A DNA stretch of 32,103 nt, from the NCBI GenBank assembly GCA_000320545.1, contig ADNK01002335.1, forward strand, positions 1 to 32,103, in the 5' to 3' direction. Positions 1 through 11,461 of the stretch are shown piece by piece (position 1 is the first letter of the stretch; every line of letters begins with the position of its first letter). A model generated the notes under the pieces. The model was not told the DNA's origin. It searched no databases and saw only the letters and a program-made list of their open reading frames with translations. Both the position numbers and the translations under genes were made by a program. The DNA is from Bigelowiella natans CCMP2755. Taxonomy: Eukaryota; Protista; Cercozoa.

Positions 1-200
1 CAATGCAACGCGTACACATTTAAGAAAACATCAATTGCAGAAGAGAGAGCCCCTCATCACCCCCCTCCCCCCCCCTCCCTTCTCATCCTCATTCTTATAC
101 CTCTCAGATTTACGACACGCAGCGATTTGAACTTCCGTAGATCCTAGGAAGTGTTGGAGCATATGTTAGAGCATTGAGCACAGACTAGGGGGGTGGGGAG

Positions 201-238
<38 letters not shown>

Positions 239-1227
239 TTGGTTTACCTGAAACACGCCCATTGACGAAATCTCGTTCTCACCAAGGGACAGGATTTGCA
301 GCTTTTTCAGATTATCGAGACCTTCAACCTTCGTAATCTTATTCCTGGAGATAAGGAGCAGGAAGTCCACATATATAATATAAATGCGCGCGTGGCAAGA
401 GCACGATTTGCTAGTGTTCGTCTAAGAATGCTCTTTCATGTTCATGCAACACCAGCTATGATGCATATGTCCTCTAGGAATATCCTGTATGGAGCCACTC
501 ACTTGTGGAGGGAGAGATCTTTGAGGTTGACCAAGTTATCTAGCCCTTCGATCTTGGAGATGCGGTTGAACGACAGGTCGAGCCATTCCAGATTCACCTA
601 TCAACATCATCAGTATTGTCATTGGCGGCTCGGCCATCGTCGTCGTCGTCGTTCTGGGTATGATCGAGCATCATGCGTGCCATCTTTCCGCAACATGCAA
701 TGAAACGTCGGCTAGAATACCAGATGATCCAGGCCTTCGATTTTCTCGATGATGTTGCTGTTTAGCACTAGCTTGCGGAGGTTGAATCCTGAGAACACCG
801 GCGTCGGAAGTTACATACGAGCAGTATAATTGGCCGTGCAGAATGATTACCATCGAGGTTCGATATGCTGAAAATCTTCTTGTGTGTGAGCGATAGCGAA
901 TCGATTTTATCCAGATTCTGAAAGCGTTTCGTTGAGGTGGGAAGGTTGAGCTCCTTGTCAAACGATGGTGTACATATGTCATTTCTTACCACATCCTCCT
1001 CTACTTTTAAGTCAGGAATGGTCTCGTCGAGATTGTACTTTCGCTCTTCGAGGACCGCTTGGATAATCAAGTCCTCGTCAATCACCTGTAGAGTAGGGAG
1101 GTGGATGGGAACGTCTTCTGCTGCGCTGCTTGTCATTCCTATACAAATAGGTAGGCGCGTTGGCAGGGACATATACAAGACTTACCGTCCTCTCCTCATT
1201 GATCATCTCCCGTTTCTTCGCTTCCAT
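1..1227 (-). CDS. DRC3: Dynein regulatory complex subunit 3 (LRRC48), leucine-rich-repeat N-terminal part; 3' end lies outside the window
   Basis: Spliced exons read MEAKKREMINEERT (1227-1186) | VIDEDLIIQAVLEE...KIFSISNLD | GFNLRKLVLNSNIIEKIEGLDHL | VNLEWLDLSFNRISKIEGLDNLVNLKDLSLH | KNKITKVEGLDNLKKLQILSLGENEISSMGVFQ | DLRKFKSLRVVNLRG (143-101). All junctions are GT-AG and in phase. The sequence matches the DRC3 pattern (VMDDDMLKLAV...LRKLQLDNNIIEKIEGL...WLDLSFN...LQVLSLGNN...YLRRFKCLRTL). Confidence 0.85.
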
Positions 1228-1937
1228 GATTGTGTATGGAGGACGCCTGGAAGCGGTTAGGAGGGGCTCAGGAAGTTTTTTGACGTTTCGAATTTGTTTT
1301 CCTCAGATAGAAATTAATGGTATTGAATGGGGTATTCTGGCGAAGGATTCTCAGTGCTGTGGCTGAAAACCACGAACTGTTTTTCAGACTTTTTAGAATC
1401 TATAACTGCATCAATCACCCAAGACTATGCGTCTCTGGATTGCCTGTTTCAGCTGTCTCGGTCACCCTGTTCGAACCGTTTCAGGACGTTTCCGCGACGG
1501 TTTCAGACTCATCTTTCGAATAAATCGGGAATTTGGATACCGTTAATTTTTGTGAAATAGAGATAATATTTCATGACGCATTATTTTATTCGCCTTTATT
1601 CACATAATTCATAGTGAAAATGTCATTTGGAGTTTTTCGGAGACTTCCCAAAAGGCTATCTTCGCTCAGAGAATATCGGGGTATGCTGCTCCGATCTTCC
1701 CAGCGGCGCAAAATCAGGACAGGAGGAGGACGAAGCATTATTAAATAGGTAGTTTTATCGATGATTTTTTTCCAGGATTAGACCTTTTTCCGTCAATGTC
1801 GCTTCAGTCCAATCTTCCATTGAAGCGAATTCCAGTCGAATACGACAAATTCGTATCGGCAATTTATCGACCGAGTGAACAGTGATCTGGGCAATTCATC
1901 CCCACCTGCCTCAAACCCAGGCCACGTCGACGACGAG
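1228..1937. promoter_or_regulatory. Divergent intergenic region DRC3 / PDCD2L (putative bidirectional promoter)
   Basis: About 700 bp between head-to-head starts; microsatellite-free, with A/T tracts and CGAA/TTCG words. Confidence 0.55.
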
Positions 1938-3622
1938 ATGGAGGCGGCACAATGGCATCGCAACTGCGATGACGACGACGACGAGGAGGAGGACGGGGAC
2001 GAGGATGTGAAAGTCTGCAGCTCGTCACTTCCGGTAGGGCCACAGCAGCCACCATCATTATCACCATCATCATCATCATCATCACCACCACCACCACCAT
2101 TATCATTACATCCCAATAAGCCTTCAAGCTGACTGTGTTTGCCAGGTCCAAATAGGCGTTCCGGGGGAATACATTCGGTCTAGATCCCACGAAACTAAGA
2201 CTACAAGCAAGATTGGGGGAGCACCGGTAGTCGCTCGCTGCTACTGCTACTGCTGCTGCTGCTGCTGCTGCTGTACATATTCTCTTCCGCTCATCATTTC
2301 ATTTGCCAGGTGTGGCTAAGCACAAGCCCACCTCCCCGGGAGTTACTACAGTGCAGCGGATGTAAAAACTATAGAATGAAGCTATTAGCGCAGGTCCTTC
2401 TACCATTGTAGTAGCATCGGCAGAGTTTTGCGATGATGATTGATCTACGCGCGGTTCAGGTCCATGCTCCCGCAACGGAGGGCTGCGAACGGTGTGTGTA
2501 CGTTGTCACATGCCTCAACAAGTCTTGTAAGGTGTGTGCACACATACGCACGCGCGCGCGCTGTGGTATCTTGTGGTGAGAATTGCCATCGTTCTTCTTG
2601 GAACCTTCCTTTTTCCTTCATTAGTCCCCTGGGTTTCATGCCTTCAGCATTGAATGCACTCGTGAGGGAGTAATGAAGGCGGCAGGAACAGGGGGGGGAA
2701 GCAACGATAGTGGGGCGGAGAGCGTAGCTGGTGGAGATAAAGAGACGAAAGGGGGAGGAGGACAGGCCACGATGACAAGGCAGCCACCTGTCGCTAAAGA
2801 GCACGACGACGGTGAGAAGAAAAAGAGGAAGGAGGAGACGGAAAGGGAGATGATGAAAAGGACCAGTGGAACTGACCGCGGTGGCGACGTCAGTAAGAAG
2901 GAAGGGGGTGGGGGGACTGGAGAGAGCGCTTTCGAAGGTGACGACCGAGCAGCAAGCACGCATGAACTATCACCTGTATTGACACGTTGTGCGTGTGCAG
3001 GTGAGGGAGACTGGGGTGTCGATGCAGAAGCCATGGACTGGGGGGGGGGGGGCGGCGATGAGGCAAAATCGGGAGATAGAGACGGCGCTATTGCTCCTCC
3101 CGCTGGCGGTGAAAGCTGTACGAAAGGAGAGGGGCGAAGGAACGAAGGAACAACGCGAGCAACAAGCTGCGAGGACGACGAATGGGGTGTGAGTAGCGAT
3201 TGGGGGGGCGGAGAGTTTGGAACGGAGGGAGTGGAAGGGGAGGAGGACAACGCAGAGAAAGAGCTGGAAGAGCTGCTCGACAGTAGGGAGCGTAAGAAGA
3301 CGACGGAATCGAAGAAAGATTTGGCCAAAGCAGAGACGCAAAAGACGAGAACGACAACAACAACAACACCGGGAACGACTGCTTCATCAACAGCCTCATC
3401 TAATTTCACTTCCAAGGCGGTGGGATCGGGGAAGGATAATAAAACAACCCGGGACTTAGAAAAAAGCAGTAACAACGATAGTAATGGGGGAGAGGGGAGG
3501 GGCGATTACAAGAAGAAGAAGGATTGGGGGGGGTTCAGGCCGTTTTACCTCTGTTTCGAGGAAGAAAGACCGAAAGCGAAGGTGGTGGCTATGATATGAA
3601 TTATGAACGGGTGATAAGGATA

Positions 3623-3656
<34 letters not shown>

Positions 3657-4135
3657 GGTGGGTGATGATGGTGCGGAGCGAACGATTGTCTTGGTGGTGG
3701 TTGGTGACGATGATGATTACAATGGCGGCCAATAACAAATAACACGACAGCGCAAGATTACCGAGAGGGAGAAAAAGATCATCGAGGACATGCAGGTTCC
3801 TGCCTAATCCACACGCGGCTCATTTGTGAAAGACAAACGTTTTGATGTTCGCTCGATAATGAGAGAGGTTTCCCTGCATTAATTGCCAGAAGGAGATGGA
3901 TAAGCGTGCTGGTGGCGACAAGAAGGAAGAGGGGGGATGGGACGGTGAGAAGTACGAAGATATACCGCAGGTGATAGTGATGTGTGTGTGTGTGTGTGTG
4001 TGTGCGTGTGTGCGTGCCAGACATTTGTAATTAGCTGTTATCCATGCGACAGCGGCCATAATAATGATTGACAATTACTGCAGCAAACACATGCTCACAC
4101 GCACGGATGAGGCACACTTTTCTATATGTACAGAT

Positions 4136-4174
<39 letters not shown>

Positions 4175-4348
4175 CTTACATTCCCAGGCGGACAAGTCGT
4201 TCGTTCGCTTCGCAAGGAGAGTGGAGCTTCATCCGGAACAGGCAACGATCCTGCGCCATAATAAGACGAAAGACCAGCGCGCTCGTTTCCGCACGCCCGC
4301 CTTCTTTTGTTCGTTCGTTCGTTCTTCACCTCACCATCTGAACACTCC

Positions 4349-4389
<41 letters not shown>

Positions 4390-5419
4390 CCCCATCGTCG
4401 GGCACACCGATTAGGTCTTGCGGTACGACTTTGGTGGCCGGCCTCTCAGGATGTCGAATGTGATGAGCTTGGACTTTAGCATACTACGACTCACACAGAT
4501 ATACGGAGAGAGAGAGAGAGGGAGAGAGGGAGAGGGGGGGGGGGGAGGGCGGAAATGTGGACGTGTATGTTTTATTTTAGATCTAGCATCTATATACTCA
4601 CATTATGCTTCACTTGGCCCATATATATAGTCCCAGCCACAATCGTGTAGATAGGATGGCGAAGAATGCAAAGTATCTGTGTTTATTGTTGGATATATTA
4701 TGTTTGCTGCAGGCTCCCACCAGCCCCGTGCCTATCTGCCCGCGCTGCTCACGGAAACGAGTCTTCGAGATGCAGCTCATGCCGGCCTTGATCTCGGTAT
4801 GGAGATATGCGGAAAGCACATGAAAAAGATGAAGAAACCCACTTACTTAGCAATACAAACGCTTGCACACAACGCGTTTTATTTCTCTATTTTATTCATC
4901 TCGTGGCAAAATAAATGCTTCTCTGGATGATGTTCGGGCCGCATTTCACGTTCGCTTTGCCATGACAGGTGTTAGAGCCCAATCTTCGCACCGAATGGGG
5001 TAAGTATCTTCCTCTCCCCCCCCCCCCCCCCCTTTCTCCATATTGATGATTTTTACCATTATAGAAGGCACAGATTAGTAGTTGCCACTTTCGTGTGTTT
5101 CAGTGAATTGTGTGCACACATCAGCTACATTGAGCGTCTTCACTTGTCCGGCGCCGTGCTCCAAAGGTACCGGGGGGAAATGCCGTGTAGATTTTTTTGG
5201 TCCACAGACGCACGCTTACGCTACACACACACACACATACAAAGACATGTGTACATGTGCAGAACACGCATATTCACAATTACTCACAGAACAATAAAAC
5301 AGACGTCAGAACTGAGGTGCAACCTCTATTACGTAGCAAAAACAAAATGTAAGAGTATGTTTTGTGTGTACATAGGTGTATACATACAGGAGTGTGTACA
5401 AATCGAAGCAGCGATATGA
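1938..5419 (+). CDS. PDCD2L: PDCD2-like / Tsr4-type uS5 chaperone with PDCD2_C domain, multi-exon; start codon tentative
   Basis: Exons: MEAAQW...CSSSLP | VQIGVPG...SKIGGAP | VWL...LLQCSGCKNYRMKLLAQ | VHAP...RCVYVVTCLNKSCK | long acidic exon with DWG motifs and FRPFYLCFEEE | ...WDGEKYEDIPQ | ADKSFVRFARRVELHPEQ | VLRYDFGGRPL | VPICPRCSRKRVFEMQLMPALIS | VLEPNLRTEW | TLSVFTCPAPC | ECVQIEAAI*. SKIGG.P, EQVLRY..GG.PL, C..C...R.FE.QLMP and W.T..VFTC are PDCD2-family hallmarks. No MYND finger was seen, which favours PDCD2L. Confidence 0.88.
4140..4171. repeat. (TA)n microsatellite, intronic; representative of many (about 15471-15513, 22332-22371, 24507-24553, 25447-25475, 25678-25708; also an intergenic copy at about 6433-6463)
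   Basis: Direct reading of the sequence. Confidence 0.95.
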
Positions 5420-6427
5420 TACAGACTAACAATTGCAAAATAGTGTGTAGAGGCTGTGCCAGATGCTCGTTACAGTGCACGTGCGTCACACTTTGCTCTT
5501 ATTATGAAGCAAGATTGACAACAGATAAAATGTGATAGCATATAGCATACCTTTGCAATAGACGCTGCTACTACAAGTTGCCAGGCTACATAGTATATGC
5601 TACATATCAGATATCTGGAGCTTCATATTGCATATAATCTGGCCATGCTAGCATGTTCATATGCAGCTAGCTAGCTAGAGAACTTTGTGAGAGAACTCTG
5701 CTTCTACACGATACTGCTGTGTTTTCATTTCAGAAAGGTGAGTGATTGCAGCACGCGTTTCAGCTGCTGCTGTGCATGCGAAGCTGATTCTGCCCATCAT
5801 CGGCTCTGTCTGGCATTTGTGCAACGTGTCAAAGTCAACATATGTTGCGCGGGGTCACATGGCAGAGGGAGTGCATGTCTGTGAGCCGCCGGCACATCGC
5901 TCTAGGACAAAATTTGCCGGACTCCGAGACATCCCATTCTGCTACGTACACGAGAGTAGTAGCACAGCGGTAGTAACGCTGTAATGAGCTACTACACGCG
6001 CACGAAGATGGATGTAAGGCATCTCGTAATGTAACTCTCTACTTTCTCATCATTATTATTATTTTCTGAACATTGAACTTGGCTTGGCTTCAGAGCGAGC
6101 CGAGACCAAAGAATGCACACATGAAGGTGTACGAATTTTCTTGCTATTCTGAGCAACCCAGCACCCTCGAATGCTTCGTTCTCACAAGCTGGTCTCTGGT
6201 CTCTTCTCCGTGTCGTCATATTTACATGGAAGGGATGAATTGTACTACTTTTACACGACACACAACTGGCCTTCTATACAACAGTTCGGAATCACTAGAT
6301 GTGTTTGGAGGGGGGGGCGTCCTACACATATTTCTAAAATTAGCTATGATACAGTTTACTATTATCTACACGTTTGGAGAGGAGTGATAGAGGACCTTTT
6401 ACTTTTATAATTACATAAATAAATATC

Positions 6428-6466
<39 letters not shown>

Positions 6467-6482
6467 GTTTATGTATCAGCTG

Positions 6483-8587
6483 TCATTTCCCCGCCGGCGA
6501 TAACTTTCTCAGCTTCTCCAGGATGCTTAACACTTTCGAGGCCGACAGTTTGTCGCCCTTGCCGTTCTGGGAGTAATATCTATAAAGCTCCACTAAGCGG
6601 CCTGTGGTATGTAGCATGCGTAGTAGCGCAGCATAGGAGGAGTAGGAGGCACAAAAACAGAATGAATGCCAACTTAGCTCGGAATAACGTGAATTTGAGG
6701 AGATAATACAGTAACGCAGTAAGAATCATCACACAATTCTGCATCGCTTGCATCATATTTATGCTCTCTCTCCTCTCTCTCTCTCTTTCTTTCTTTCTCT
6801 CCTCTCAACCGGATATCTCGAGGACTTCGTCAACCTCCGGACCGCCTTCTCCAGATATTCTCACTTGCTGAAGGAAACTTTACAGGAGGGGGAGGGGGGG
6901 GGCGAAAACAGTTTGTGACTGGACGTGCGCACATACTTTGATGGCAATCTTCACATTGGAGTCTCAGCGAGAGGAAGAGACGTAGGAGAGGCAGAGGCGA
7001 AGAAACGAAAAGTCAAAGTACCTGTCCCTGGCCTTTTGATCGTAGTCGTTGAGAACCATACTGCTCAAAAACCGTAGTAGCAAACCATGAATATATCGTA
7101 CATCAAGGGCCGACCGAAGAAGAAAAGACGGGGAAATGGTGAAGAAATACGAGCGATATAGCGACGAGAAGAAGTCCGTTAAATTGATTCTGCTCTCTGT
7201 TCTCACCTGAGATAGATCACTGCAACAGCTATCTTAGCCGGAGCGTGCTCGAGACACAGATCCGTGCGGTAAGAGTCATTTGCGATGGACCACGCCATCT
7301 GCAGCAGCCGCTTCTCCCCCATCCCCTCTGACGACATCAGCATACACAGACGACACCATGATGCGGTAGGTTAGAGGATGATGGTTTATTGTAAGAACGA
7401 TGATTTGGAGGGGATGTGGGGCTCTCATCTGCACTGCATGATGAGAAACCTACTACAAATACTTGTGCTGGTGGTGCTGCTGCTGCTGCGCTACCTAGGA
7501 TTCTTGTAATTGGACGATAGGGATGGAAGACGATCAGGTTGAAGTTCAGAGCCTCCATGATCTGAAACTCGAACTGCATAGTTACACAGTATATACATGC
7601 CTTTTAGCAAAGCAACCTCTAATGCGAGAAGGAAGTATAGGCGTTTTGTATATTTATAAACATATTGCGCTTCGTTGTAGTTCTCATCAGTCAGCCATGC
7701 ATGCATAGAAGATCGTAAAGATATCATCGTGGCTGACCCTGAGAAGAGTCTCCGTTTCGATGTTCAGAGATTTGTAGAGAGGTCGTAACAGGTCATCCTC
7801 CTAATACGAGTGAAGATAATTTCTCTCAGTAATCCGAATCAGAGTATATGTGTGCTACTACGTGAATACACTCGTACATGTTTCTACGATATAATCCAAA
7901 ACTGTCTGCGCAGCTAGCACGTCTTTTTTGTGGCACATTTTTCGGTTTTCCCTCAGAAGACAGTAGAATAAAAGACTGGAAGAGCTACACCAACAACAGG
8001 CTCTGCATCCACACCTTCACTGACTTCACGAAGAACTTCGCGTTGAGGTAAGTCTCTTCAACCTATGGCATAATGATTATACAAAAGTAGCAAAGTCCAC
8101 AAATCACATACTAAATCGGAAATTCTAATCAGCACATCCGAATCGTGCGAAAAAACAAAAGCATGATCTCTGTGTTTTTTGTGTTTACGGCAGCGGCTCA
8201 GCCTACCTTCGCGGCCAGAAAGAGGAGCGTGATCGCAATGATGCGAGGATCATATTCACCAAAGCTACGTTTCAGATAAAATCGTTTGAAGAAAACTACA
8301 GCAGATGAAATGACCCTCTGTCTTAATTTTAGCCTGAATAGTGTATGAGAGGTTCAAAAATAGAGCAGGTAAAAATGGAGCGATCGATCGATCGAGATAA
8401 AGTGAAGGTTTTTGTTATGTACTCACTCTTTCCCCATATGATGCATCATCTCCACGAAGTAAAGCCTCAACTTAAGAATCTCATCCCGAGACGTAGCGAC
8501 TATGTCCGAAGCGTTGGATTTGAGAACTTCTTTCTTGGGCAAGAGCCAGCACTTGGAATGCGAAGAATTCTTAAAAGACGCCGCCAT
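6483..8587 (-). CDS. CCNC: Cyclin C (Mediator kinase-module cyclin), multi-exon, complete
   Basis: Exons: [18 protein letters not shown]...MHHMGKE | [42 protein letters not shown] | VEETYLNAK.. | ..ETLLR | [22 protein letters not shown] | [30 protein letters not shown] | ... | GRLVELY...SPAGK*. LKLRQ.V..TA...F.RFY, L..KVEE, IV.HPYRP and AW...ND.YRTDLCL are diagnostic cyclin C motifs. Confidence 0.93.
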
Positions 8588-9186
8588 TTTCAATTTCTAT
8601 ATCGGATAATGCCCGGATTTCGTATCTTGCCCAAGCCCGTCTTTGATTTACCAGCAGGATTTTCAACGAAATCCCTTCTACAAAGCACAACACCAAGTAA
8701 GAAGCGCATCGATCCCAATTTCCTTTGCATACGAACACAAAGTGGGTTCTGCAGAAATGTTAGCGTTGGCAAAGCCAATTTGCCACCTATCTTCTTTTCC
8801 TCCGACCATCAGAGTGACGCATTCGAACAAAAGACGAAAGACAAGAAAGATAGTAAGGAGAAGACCGGGGTGCTTACTTTGGGCGGGGAGCTGCGTTGCC
8901 AGCTTTGACTGTGACAAAGGCCAATTTCGTCAGTCGCGACAAGAAAACAACTCTCCGAAATCCTTGTCTCTTAGAAAGAATTCCCAATACGGTTTCGAAC
9001 AGACCGCTGCGAAATCCTTGTCGTTTGGAAGGAATTCCATAACGATTTCGAGCCGGCCGGACGTCGAGAGCATCAGGATACGACAGCTCTCTTTCCTTGT
9101 CGCACTTTAAGAATTAACACAATTTATTTTTGTCACTCCTCAGTATTTCCCTGCGAGTCGGTGGGCTCTATTTTGCCCCCCCTCGA
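8588..9186. promoter_or_regulatory. Divergent intergenic region cyclin C / DUF3405-like A
   Basis: About 600 bp between head-to-head ATGs; contains recurring CGAAATC words. Confidence 0.55.
8956..9051. repeat. Imperfect tandem duplication, period 54 bp
   Basis: cgaaatccttgtctcttagaaagaattcccaatacggtttcga (8956) vs cgaaatccttgtcgtttggaaggaattccataacgatttcga (9010). Confidence 0.8.
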
Positions 9187-10199
9187 ATGTTGAGAGCTTC
9201 GGTTCGGCTCGCCCTCCTGTCGTTCTCATTGGCTGTCTGGGAGGGCCCGCAGCCGGGCCTATCGTCGGAAGACGGACAAGTTCCGTCCCCACCCGTTTAT
9301 GGTAGGTTAATTAGGTCCTCAGTTGTTGTTTGACTTGACAGTTTACTTCAGGCGCATGCAGCAATTCCTCTGGTTACTCCGTGTTGATGAGGGTTAAATA
9401 CCGATGGACCCCAGCCCAAGTCGAACGTATGGGAAGGCTAATCGAGGAAAATCCGGATATGGACGTCATCATAGCAGTGAATCAGGCAACGCCAGCACTC
9501 GCGAGCATATCCCAAGAAGAAGCCAACGCTGTAGAAGAGCTCCGCCAAAAATTTCACGGACATGTCATTACATATGACGACAACGACCTGATCGCTGAGT
9601 TCCCGACTATTGTAAATGCGAAGCCCGGGTTCGGCAAAATTACTGCGTCCCGATGGGCCCGCAACTACCATGACGAATGCAACTTCGTTGTGCTAAAAAA
9701 ATATCAGGAGATGGTAGGGAGACAGTGGAAGGGATGCGGGGTATGGGTCGTGGAGCAAGACGTAGAGTATACAGGAAAGTTCAGCGAGTTTTTCTATAAG
9801 TACACGGGCCGGGCTGATATGATCGGGTATCGTCACTTCACGCATAACTTCAGTGACATGATCCACGGTGTGCGCTGCTCCACGCTGGCGTTCCGCTCAA
9901 AGTTCGTGATCGAAAATCGAGCACACGGCTACGAGGAGCACCTGTCATATTTCTCCAGAGCGCTTCTGAAAACCTTTTCCTCCGAGATGCACGAAGGGCG
10001 GCATTGCCACAGCGAGATTGGGTCGCCCACGATGGCCCTAGTCAACGGCTTCTCGTACCAAAATTTCGATCGCGTCGACGTGGATGTCGAGAACTATAGC
10101 TATAAGGCAAAGCTTGGAGATTGGAGACAGATGAAGAATCATGTAAAAGCTCTGCGCTCAAGCGGAAGGAAGTTATTGGTTCATCCTTGCAAATACTAA
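9187..10199 (+). CDS. DUF3405-like secreted/Golgi-lumenal protein (putative glycosyltransferase-like), paralog A; one intron at 9302-9351
   Basis: Signal-peptide-like MLRASVRLALLSFSLAVW (exon 9187-9301), then a 50-nt GT-AG intron in phase with ORF 9381..10199. Motifs GVWVVEQDVEYTGKFSEFF and terminal LLVHPCKY resemble DUF3405 (W..E.DV.YTG.W..FF ... L.HP.K). A clear paralog lies at 29129-30166. Confidence 0.7.
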
Positions 10200-10399
10200 T
10201 CCATCGGCCTCGCTGGTCACGTAACGATGAGCTTGACTATATTCATCGTCGCGCCCGCTCACCAGTCATCATGATAATATGAATGAGATTCAGCAGGCAC
10301 AATCTATTATGAATTTGTCGTTAATGTAACACTGGCATATACCTGCACAAAGACATAACCCTATACCTACACATGGTATGCTTCAATGGCTCACCAGCA

Positions 10400-10562
10400 T
10401 ACCAATGCGCTACATCGCATTATAGCGCACACTGCGTCCACATACAGCATGAGTGCTAGAGTGTGTAAACCGCAGTATAGAAGTCTAGAAGTGCACAGCT
10501 ACCTAGTAGCTACCAATGCGCTACATCGCATTATAGCAGACACTGCGTCCACATACAGCATG
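10400..10562. repeat. 52-bp direct repeat, two copies 111 bp apart
   Basis: taccaatgcgctacatcgcattatagc(gc/ag)acactgcgtccacatacagcatg at 10400-10451 and 10511-10562, differing at two adjacent positions. Confidence 0.92.
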
Positions 10563-11092
10563 CTAGCATGAGTGATCGTATACGGACAGTGCGATCGATG
10601 GATGTACGTGTTGCGAACAGATGCTATGTGGCGTCTGAAGTAGAGGAGCACCAATGCGTCGTGCTGCGTTGTTACGTACGACGTGCTGCTATATGCACAC
10701 ACGCCGCGTGTGCTAGCGTGCTGCATGCGATCGATGTGCATGATGTCCAATTTTGGAACATTCTAGCATTTGCACGTAGGCACGGCAATGAGGATGAGAA
10801 GTAAGGAAGGTTTCTGCGTTCACGATGCATGTTTGTGCGCATGCTCCACGCACTGCTAGACTGCACCTGCCATGCAAAACAGCATACAAGTTGCAGCGCT
10901 ACGGGACAACGCAATGCTCAGTCCACTAGCTAAGCTGTGAAGGTGAGCGGTGAAGAGCTTCGCGAAGTGCACACTCACTTGTGGTTCAAATTGATGTCGT
11001 GTCCTGGTCATTCGGTACATTGTTGACATTCACCAATCTAGCAATGGGTGTTCGATTTCTTGGAACAACGCAACACAGGCATCACCACGTGT

Positions 11093-11422
11093 CTAGGCAT
11101 GCTTGGAGGAATCGATGGCATGCTGGTCGAATTCTGCAAAGATGGGCTCCATCTTTTTGTTTTCGACGGCGGATACGATGTGAACGGCAACCTTCCTCGG
11201 ATGGGACGCGATGCTGGCGCACTTGCGCATGAACTTGTCCTGAATGTACTTCAAGCAATGATCGTACGAGTTTGCGGACTTCTCTTCGACATCCGGAAAG
11301 CACACACTGAGCGGCACGACTCTACGCGCGGATGGAGACAAACAAAGAGAGGCGAACAACGTCAATTTCACGGAGGTACAAACACGCCAAAAAAATCGGT
11401 TCTCTTGCTCTGTAATCCAGTC

Positions 11423-11461
<39 letters not shown>

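Noticed and set aside
3010-3215. WG/GW repeats as Argonaute hooks
   Set aside because: Acidic DWG motifs are typical of the PDCD2L central region; there is no independent support.
2636-3475. 279-aa minus-strand ORF (and 2445-2963)
   Set aside because: Antisense shadow of the purine-rich long PDCD2L exon; low-complexity translation.
5992-6410. Short ORFs in the PDCD2L / cyclin C convergent gap
   Set aside because: No motifs, splice pattern or codon bias; likely UTR or intergenic.
8345-9110. Plus-strand ORFs of 187 and 155 aa
   Set aside because: They overlap cyclin C exon 1 antisense and the promoter; no recognisable motifs.
10400-10562. CRISPR-like repeat-spacer-repeat
   Set aside because: Only two copies, 52 bp long, eukaryotic context, and no cas genes.
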